From the NCBI GenBank assembly GCA_039189765.1, contig JBCCYL010000001.1, forward strand, positions 125,020-189,019: 64,000 nt of DNA. Reading direction: 5' to 3'. The notes under the pieces are model-generated. The model saw only the letters and a list, made by a program, of their open reading frames with translations, ran no database searches and had not been told where the DNA came from. Every line of letters starts with the position of its first letter. Positions within the stretch are counted from its first letter, which is position 1. This document shows, in pieces, positions 58,301 through 64,000 of the stretch. Both the position numbers and the translations under genes were made by a program. The DNA is from Cyanobacteria bacterium P01_F01_bin.150. GTDB lineage: Bacteria > Cyanobacteriota > Cyanobacteriia > CAKZMO01.

Positions 58301-61300
58301 GCGGCCCCCGACAAGCTGTTTGGTGGCCTTGGTCCCTTTGATGTGAATGAAACCGACAGCTACGACGAATTTACTGCGCCCGCAGACGGCTCCTACTTTA
58401 TTGCTGTCGGTGATGATGGCCAGGTGCAGAACTTCTGGGATGTGGTGGCCCCGTTCTATGATCCCAACGTACCGGGTTCCGGTAACGGTAATCGCTCCAT
58501 CTTTGGTGATTACAGCATTGAAATTAATTTAATCACCGACGACAATCCCCGCAAAGTCGGTACCCCCACCCCGCCGGTGAGCAACCCTGGTGTAACGAAT
58601 CCTCCCACCCTGTCCCTAAGCGCGAATCCCACCACCACCAATGGAGACGGCAACTTTATTAATGCGGTGGTGGAACATGTAGACGTGGGTGGTGTGTCCA
58701 GCGTTACCTTTACGATTCAGGCTGAGGGAGAAATTCCGGACGGTGGTATTGAGTTTGTTCTTAATAGCGATGCCAATCTGTTTGATTACGTATCATATTT
58801 AGGCCAAAGCGCCCTGCCCAGCACCATTGGTGGTCAGTCCCTAGGCGCTTACTACAACGCAGACGGCATTCCCACGGGCATCCGGCTGCTGATTGATGAG
58901 CCCTTGATGACCGTCACCTATGAATCGGCCAATAATCAGCCCTGGTTCCCCACTTTCTACGGCAATATTGTGGATCGGTATGAGCCGTTGGAAACTGATG
59001 GTGCAGAGGACGTGACCTTCTTCCTCCAGCCCGGTGAAGGCTATACCATTGATGCTGATGCCGGATCAACCGAGGTCACTTACTATGATTCCGTGGCCGA
59101 TGTGCCCCCTCCCACTACCCCTGGAGGCACGGTGCCTGAAGTGGGGATTACGGTCAGTGAAACAACTCTGATTGAAACCGAACAGACTGAAACAACCTTG
59201 ACCTTTAGCCTCTCTGAAGCACCTCCCGCAGAAGGGCTAACCATCTTTGTTGATAGTGACGACGAGCCTGTGGTGGGGAGTCCCCTCAGCCAGTTTGCCG
59301 TGCTAGAGGCAGAGGTCAGCGGAGGAAACTTCCCGATTCCCAATGCTGATTCTTCAGGCTTCTTTTTCACGGTCACTGAACAAACCGCCTCCATTACCCT
59401 CGCTGTTTTTGATGAGCTAACGGTTCCCAATATTGATCCGCTGACGGTTCAAGAAGGAATCGTTGCCCTTAACTTTGCCCTCCAGCCATTGGCAGGCTAC
59501 ACCATTGATCCAGATGCCAGTGACGTTGGCCTAACGATCGCCGACAATCCCGACTCTGGCATTCAGGTCAGCTTGACGGGTTCCCCAGACACCCTGATTG
59601 AATCAGAGGGGACTGCAGGAGTCCATACCTTTAGCTTGAGTACGCCTCCATCCGCCGAGGGATTAACGGTGAGCGTCAGTGCATCGGCGTTGGATGAGTT
59701 TGATTTGGATGCGATCGCCGTCGAAGGCGGCTCCATTGCAGCCGTGAGCACCGATGGGTTTGACCTTACGATTACCGAGCAGACCGCCACCATTAGCCTG
59801 CCAGTACTCAACGATGGTGTGGATGAAGGGAGTGAAACCGCAAGCTTTGCCCTAGAGGCCAGCGATGACTATGAGCTTAACGCCGCCTTTAATGAAGCCA
59901 CCTTTACCCTAGCGGATACCCTAGACCAGGCGACTGTTTCAGTGGAGAGTGAGCTAATTGGCGATGAAATTAGCAACAGCACAATTCCCGAGGCAAATGC
60001 ATTAAGCGTCAGCAGCAGTAATCCCACCGTATCCATCAATGGTCTGATTGGTGAAAGCTTTAGCGACCTTCCAGAGGACGTTGATTTCTTCTCCTTCGAT
60101 TTGGACGCTGGGCAAACCATTAGTTTAGATATTGACACTGAGGAAATTCTGCCCAACACGATTAACTTCCGGCAGGTCGTGTATCCAGCATTGGCCAATA
60201 TCCTGCAGAAGCCTGATACTGAACTGCGGCTATTTGATGCCCAGGGCAATGAACTGGCATCCAACAATGACGGAGCCGCTGAGGATGAAGACTTCTCCCG
60301 CGATCCCTTCCTTGAGTACACGGCCACGTCTGCGGGCACCTATTATGTAGGGGTTAGCCAGCTTGGTAACCGCAACTACGACCCCTTTGTGTCACGGAGC
60401 GGTAGCGGCTGGACCTTCCCTGAGATTGGCGTAAACAATGGGTTTTATGAGCTGACCGCCACCCTGGAAGATAGCGATTTGGAGCCAGGCCCCTTTGAAA
60501 ACTTGGTTATTTTTGGCGATAGTCTTTCCGATGCAGGCAACGCCTTCCAGATCTCAGACGGTGCAGTTCCTCCATCTCCGCCTTATGTTAACGGACGTTT
60601 TTCAAACGGTGATTTAATCGTAGATTTTATTGCCGAGGCCCTGGGGTTACCCGAAAATGAAAGCTATCTTTTAGGCGGCAGTAATTATGCCTTTGGTGGT
60701 GCCCAGACTGGTGAAGGAACGTCATTTACAGGTACGTTGGAAGGTCTACTTAATCCGGTAGAGGTTCCCAATATTGCCCAGCAAATTGATCTTTACCTGG
60801 CCGATCAGACACCCGCCAACACCGACTTATTCTTTATCTACGGTGGTGGTAATGACTTTATCGCGCCCTTAGCTGCGGGCCAAGGAATACCCACGCCAGA
60901 ATCAGTCGTTGGCAATATTACTGCCCACATTACAGAACTGGCAGAAGCGGGGGCAACAACCTTTGTGGTGCCAAATCTCCCATCCCCAGGCATTAGTCCT
61001 CTATTTGCGGGTCAGCCGCCAGAAGTAAGGGGGCTTCTCAATAATGCAACCGATGCGTTTAATCAACTGCTGGATGTGGAATTGGATGCGATCGCCTCAG
61101 ACCTAGATGTGACGATTCTTGAGCCTGACTTCAACGGCATTGTGGATGATATACTCGCCAATCCCAGTCAGTTTGGTCTGACCAATGTCACTGATTCCGT
61201 GATCGACTTTAGTAGCGGCACCCTGATTGGCAATCCTGATGAATTTTTCTTCTGGGACTTCGTTCATTCCACAACCGCTGCCAACGATATCATTGCGGAT

Positions 61301-62398
61301 GAAGCGATCGAGCTACTATTGGATAACCCTGATCCGGGTCCACCGGCAGGCTTTACGGTCTTTGACTTTGAATGGACTGGCCAAATTGCTGGGTTCAGCG
61401 TGGAGGGTACTTTCAGCTATGATGCAACCCAAACCTTCACCGACGATATTGTTCGCGAAGAGGATCTGCTTGGATTTGATATCTCTTTCTTTGACCCCGA
61501 TGGTAATCTACTGCGGACCTACGAAAATAACCATCTCACGTTCTCTGAGTTCAACTTTGCCTTCGATATCAATAATCAGCAAATTCTGACCGATGGTATC
61601 TTTACCGAACCCGATGGCTTAAACGTTGGGGAGAAGACCGCTGTGGGCGATGGCTTTACGGGGTTAAATCTCTGGAGTAAGTCCAAAGAAACCTCCTCTT
61701 CGCTGATTCATGTAGATGACTGGTCCGATGAATTTGGTTTCCCCTTGGGCTACAGCAGTCACGAAGATATTGCCTTCTTGACCCTGACCACGGCAGAGCT
61801 AATTGAAACGGGCAAGGTGGGTGAAACCTATCTGGATGATATCCAAGATACTCTGACCGAATTGGGCCAGCCGATTCGGGTGGTTCCCGACGGCGGGTTA
61901 GAGGCTGATAGCCTTGATTTTGAATCCAACTTCCAGGGAGAGCTAAGCGCTGGGGATGTGATTACCGATCAGTTTGACGATCTCACCATCGAGGTAGCGG
62001 GTGATTTAACGGCCATGATTTTTGATAGCGCCAACCCAACCGGAGGCGATTACGACCTGCGTAGCGATACGCTGGGTAATGTTTTAATCATCTCTGAAGA
62101 TGGCGACTCAGCAGACCCCGACGATAACGCCAAGGGCGGTACCCTAATGTTTGATTGGGACGGGACGGTAAGCGTGGAGAGCCTCGGTCTTCTCGACATT
62201 GAAGAATCGGGCGGCATGGTTACGCTGTACGGAGCCGATGACAATGCGGTGTTGGCAACTATCGATATTCCTGGATTAGGAGACAATAGCCTCCAGTCTC
62301 TCGATATCGGTATCGCTGATATCGGCAAGATGGACGTATTTCTGGCTGGCAGTGGAGCCATTACTGAAATAATCCTAGCGGAGGACAGCATCGCATAA
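55391..62398 (+). CDS. Giant (2335 aa) family paralog: FG-GAP-like Ca-binding repeats, DNRLRE-like domain, internal copy of the family N-terminal domain, PPC-type domains, embedded GDSL/SGNH esterase-lipase domain, WTGQIAGFSVEG domain, family C-terminal domain
   Basis: DLNGDGDANDPSEATVYF-type repeats occur 4-5 times. The GDSL blocks are FGDSLSDAGN, GRFSNG, GGGNDF and DFVHST (DxxH). The PPC motif is EDVDFFSFDLDAGQTISLDID...TYYVGVSQLGN. The tail is ...AGSGAITEIILAEDSIA*. Confidence 0.85.
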   Translation: MIMTDAQNSESTGGRNLSGALYVADQTLDTLLLVQDLNGDGDANDPSEATVYFDGTNASGLLEPTGNIFTVLQAADGSVLYGDGDSDTVYRLTDTNRDGDALDADEATVWFSSDNAEGLPLLTPNGLATGPDGAVYITEADTVATPNGDFIYRTEDLNGDGDANDADEARVWLDLKALNPNSSAFEITFIGDVAYIIDSAGGDPNVLYRAEDANGDGTIDTSEASVLVDETIVPVDFGLASDSQSLYVVELLDFSEAQSVFRIDDNNGSATVTEVWNNTAVPDGYLSSVAFSIAASDNGMLAITSNGVDPNEDNIFQLTDLNGDGDYFDEGETVPFLSRLDTDTVPERPRVVEYAANPTPIVPGIVLTATDAYYTFSGSISSNSTRLLGDKATAIGLEGLDTISFLQFDPMALPETLLDQAFSATLTLEHDASLADSLIPATDDRPVILSIYDLDAPFDDTKPGGNLADIDYGENGANAIAVTSVGDDGLYSWDVTELIAEWAVDTTQNDGLAISGIFGNENLDDRNSYGIFHTVGSTDGLVPTLTITPKEDDLQVSLSTSTTFEGDLNALVENQGTAITFRFDLSGPALAGGLTLFVDADVEQMLNRLDLPTFAFNPITENIDFRSVIPNRDSSGFVLTIDEGATFGTATLNIFDNNEPEPTLPETFDGRVDATFSLVTEDQVDRDIEGPIPTLSDYTIDPAAATSVVIFADDISQLEDPTDPQPPTPGDGLQVSLFTGPNYLIEDEGTVSAHAFNVTGGVIPEGGLVVAVDAPNLNEFDLAAISVEGGSIEAVRDGGFDLRMTEYTTLVNLPIANDGEIEIGETASFSLAAGDGYNIVADYSGGSFGLVDTRLDIPMGVINEPNNAIAFATETQISPENPTFLGTDSIYFDIGNRYLNDDGTYTYIDYSEDVDVFKVDLTAGQTITIETFDFDTNVDEFGVGFAINAFVYDAEGNQLQDYINTGFDPAAAPDKLFGGLGPFDVNETDSYDEFTAPADGSYFIAVGDDGQVQNFWDVVAPFYDPNVPGSGNGNRSIFGDYSIEINLITDDNPRKVGTPTPPVSNPGVTNPPTLSLSANPTTTNGDGNFINAVVEHVDVGGVSSVTFTIQAEGEIPDGGIEFVLNSDANLFDYVSYLGQSALPSTIGGQSLGAYYNADGIPTGIRLLIDEPLMTVTYESANNQPWFPTFYGNIVDRYEPLETDGAEDVTFFLQPGEGYTIDADAGSTEVTYYDSVADVPPPTTPGGTVPEVGITVSETTLIETEQTETTLTFSLSEAPPAEGLTIFVDSDDEPVVGSPLSQFAVLEAEVSGGNFPIPNADSSGFFFTVTEQTASITLAVFDELTVPNIDPLTVQEGIVALNFALQPLAGYTIDPDASDVGLTIADNPDSGIQVSLTGSPDTLIESEGTAGVHTFSLSTPPSAEGLTVSVSASALDEFDLDAIAVEGGSIAAVSTDGFDLTITEQTATISLPVLNDGVDEGSETASFALEASDDYELNAAFNEATFTLADTLDQATVSVESELIGDEISNSTIPEANALSVSSSNPTVSINGLIGESFSDLPEDVDFFSFDLDAGQTISLDIDTEEILPNTINFRQVVYPALANILQKPDTELRLFDAQGNELASNNDGAAEDEDFSRDPFLEYTATSAGTYYVGVSQLGNRNYDPFVSRSGSGWTFPEIGVNNGFYELTATLEDSDLEPGPFENLVIFGDSLSDAGNAFQISDGAVPPSPPYVNGRFSNGDLIVDFIAEALGLPENESYLLGGSNYAFGGAQTGEGTSFTGTLEGLLNPVEVPNIAQQIDLYLADQTPANTDLFFIYGGGNDFIAPLAAGQGIPTPESVVGNITAHITELAEAGATTFVVPNLPSPGISPLFAGQPPEVRGLLNNATDAFNQLLDVELDAIASDLDVTILEPDFNGIVDDILANPSQFGLTNVTDSVIDFSSGTLIGNPDEFFFWDFVHSTTAANDIIADEAIELLLDNPDPGPPAGFTVFDFEWTGQIAGFSVEGTFSYDATQTFTDDIVREEDLLGFDISFFDPDGNLLRTYENNHLTFSEFNFAFDINNQQILTDGIFTEPDGLNVGEKTAVGDGFTGLNLWSKSKETSSSLIHVDDWSDEFGFPLGYSSHEDIAFLTLTTAELIETGKVGETYLDDIQDTLTELGQPIRVVPDGGLEADSLDFESNFQGELSAGDVITDQFDDLTIEVAGDLTAMIFDSANPTGGDYDLRSDTLGNVLIISEDGDSADPDDNAKGGTLMFDWDGTVSVESLGLLDIEESGGMVTLYGADDNAVLATIDIPGLGDNSLQSLDIGIADIGKMDVFLAGSGAITEIILAEDSIA
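60500..61330 (+). other. GDSL/SGNH hydrolase (lipase/esterase) domain inside gene 55391
   Basis: Block I is LVIFGDSLSD, block II GRFSNGDL, block III YGGGNDF and block V FWDFVHST, all in canonical order. Confidence 0.7.
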
Positions 62399-62410
62399 AG
62401 CCTTTGAAAA

Positions 62411-62438
62411 AAGCGGGAGTTGAATCTCCCGCTTTTTG
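62411..62438 (+). terminator. Rho-independent terminator after gene 55391
   Basis: AGCGGGAG-TTGAAT-CTCCCGCT followed by TTTTGCAT. Confidence 0.6.
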
Positions 62439-62480
62439 CATATTTAGTTCAATTAAATTAGCAGTAGGAGAAATCAAAGA

Positions 62481-64000
62481 ATGGTACAAGTTAGCCTTTT
62501 TACGGGTCCCGACTATCTAATTGAAAATGAAAGTACGATTAGCGCCCACGCCTTTCTTGCCACTGACGGCATCATTCCCGCAGGTGGCCTGGTGGTCTCG
62601 GTGGATGCGCCTAGCCTCAGCGAGTTTGACCTTGCAAGCATCTCTGTCGAGGGGGGCGAAATTGTCGCCGTGCGCGATGGCGGCTTTGACCTACGGATGG
62701 ACGAATACACCACCCTGGTGAATCTGCCCATTGCCGATGATGGCGAAGTGGAAATTGGCGAAACAGCTACCTTTAGTCTGGCCACAGGTGAAGGCTACGA
62801 TACCGTTGCCGATTTTAGTGGCGGTACCTTTGAATTGGTAGATACACGAGCCGATATTCCTCAGGGCGTGATTACTGAACCAAATAATATTGCTATTGTC
62901 GCTACCGATACGCAGATTACCCCGGAAAACCCCTCCTTTGTGGGCAGAGATTCTATCTATTTTGATATCGGCAATCGCTACCTTAACGACGACGGCACCT
63001 TTACCTATATCGATTACTTCGAGGATGTCGATCTCTACAAGCTGGATTTAAGTGCAGGTAATACGGTTGCGGTTGAAATCTTTGAGGTTGAAGGCAACTT
63101 ACCCATTGGTATAGCGGAAGGCTTGGCCGTCTTTAATGCCGATGGCGACAAACTGGTTGCCACTTCGGTTATAACCCCTGCTGCTCCCGATAAGCTATTT
63201 GGTGCGGGCGGTAGTCCCATATCTGCATTTAATGAAGATGGTACGGTCAATCTAGATGAAACGGAAAATTATCTAGAATTTACGGCTCCCGAAGATGGGA
63301 TTTACTACGTGGGGGTCTCTAACCTTGCGTCTTCTGTAGTTGAGTACATTGGCGTAAATCGCGAGTACGATATCAATATTCCCGGTTCGGGAGGGTCCAA
63401 TTTAGGCACTTTTGGCAACTACGATATTGAGATTGATCTGCTGACCCCCGATAATCTCCGCAAGACAGGAACGCCAACCCCGCCGGTCAGTAACCCCAAT
63501 GTGACCAATCCCCCCACCTTTTCTTTGGCCGCTACCCCTAACACGGTAGATAGTGACGGCAACTTAATCAATGGCGTCGTCGAAACCGTAGATCCAGGCA
63601 GCGTTTCGACGGTTAATTTCACGATTCGAGCTGAAGGAGACATTCCAGACGATGGCATTGAATTTGTGCTTAACAGTAACGCCAATCTGTTTGACTATGT
63701 TTCATTTCTGGGTCAAGAAAGACTGCCCCAAACCATTGGGGGCCAATCTTTAGGTGCGTTTTATAATGCCGAGGGAATTCCTACCGGAATTCGACTGCGA
63801 ATCGATGAACCGACGATGACAGTCGCCTTTGAAGCGGCTAATCGGAACGAACGATTTATTGACCTGCTTGGCCTCAATGTCACGATCGATGTCTACGAGG
63901 CTTTAGAAACCGATGGCCCAGAAGATGTCACCTTCTTTATCCAGTCAGGAGAAGGCTATGAGATTGCTGCCGATGGGGGCACCGTAGATGTCACCTACTA
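62481..64000 (+). CDS. 5' part of a further family paralog (runs off the window end)
   Basis: ATG 62481 has AGGAG at 62466-62470. MVQVSLFTGPDYLIENESTISAHAF... is near-identical to the internal segment LQVSLFTGPNYLIEDEGTVSAHAF of gene 55391. It continues with a PPC-type motif (FEDVDLYKLDLSAGNTVAVEI) and the SLSANPTT.. module. There is no stop before nt 64000. Confidence 0.8.
   Translation, partial: MVQVSLFTGPDYLIENESTISAHAFLATDGIIPAGGLVVSVDAPSLSEFDLASISVEGGEIVAVRDGGFDLRMDEYTTLVNLPIADDGEVEIGETATFSLATGEGYDTVADFSGGTFELVDTRADIPQGVITEPNNIAIVATDTQITPENPSFVGRDSIYFDIGNRYLNDDGTFTYIDYFEDVDLYKLDLSAGNTVAVEIFEVEGNLPIGIAEGLAVFNADGDKLVATSVITPAAPDKLFGAGGSPISAFNEDGTVNLDETENYLEFTAPEDGIYYVGVSNLASSVVEYIGVNREYDINIPGSGGSNLGTFGNYDIEIDLLTPDNLRKTGTPTPPVSNPNVTNPPTFSLAATPNTVDSDGNLINGVVETVDPGSVSTVNFTIRAEGDIPDDGIEFVLNSNANLFDYVSFLGQERLPQTIGGQSLGAFYNAEGIPTGIRLRIDEPTMTVAFEAANRNERFIDLLGLNVTIDVYEALETDGPEDVTFFIQSGEGYEIAADGGTVDVTY

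Overview
The window is cyanobacterial DNA. The HIP1 octamer GCGATCGC occurs more than 25 times, and there are heptameric STRR-like tandem repeats. It contains a large, almost entirely plus-strand accessory locus with several parts:

- **RTX-type protein (1-1740):** the tail of one RTX-type calcium-binding repeat protein and a complete second one, each ending in a classical unstructured acidic type-I-secretion-like C-terminus.
- **Small unrelated genes (1812-4008):** a DUF3102-like gene on the minus strand and a glyoxalase-fold gene.
- **Tandem ABC transporters (4012-8056):** a pair of paralogous ABC transporters, each a transmembrane domain fused to a nucleotide-binding domain, of the SbmA/BacA/ABCD type. 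The first carries an in-frame STRR-like repeat insertion in its linker.
- **Nine giant paralogous genes (8705-64000):** open reading frames of roughly 0.9 to 3.5 thousand residues, the last running off the window. Almost all of the window after 8.7 kb is these genes.

The giant proteins are extremely acidic mosaics of Calx-beta-like ~100-aa modules, PPC-type beta-sandwich domains, spondin-N-like domains, FG-GAP-like calcium-binding repeats, Pro/Thr or Asp/Gly low-complexity linkers, and two unrecognised conserved domains. Several carry embedded catalytic domains: two beta-lactamase-fold serine hydrolases, a GDSL/SGNH esterase, and two histidine-phosphatase domains. None has a Sec-type N-terminal signal peptide. 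Every complete paralog ends in the same conserved ~160-aa C-terminal domain, '...ISEDGDSADPDDN..GGTLMFDWDG...LAGSGAITEII..DS..A'. I do not recognise this domain as any described sorting or secretion signal, and it is the main candidate for an undescribed system.

A PKHD-type Fe(II)/2-oxoglutarate hydroxylase gene sits inside the cluster. The paralogs show recent duplication (the genes at 39841 and 46466), internal triplication with expandable GEGAEG arrays (the gene at 20202), and shared 3' terminator hairpins. A short palindromic MITE-like element recurs in four intergenic regions. No rRNA, tRNA, CRISPR or transposase was found.
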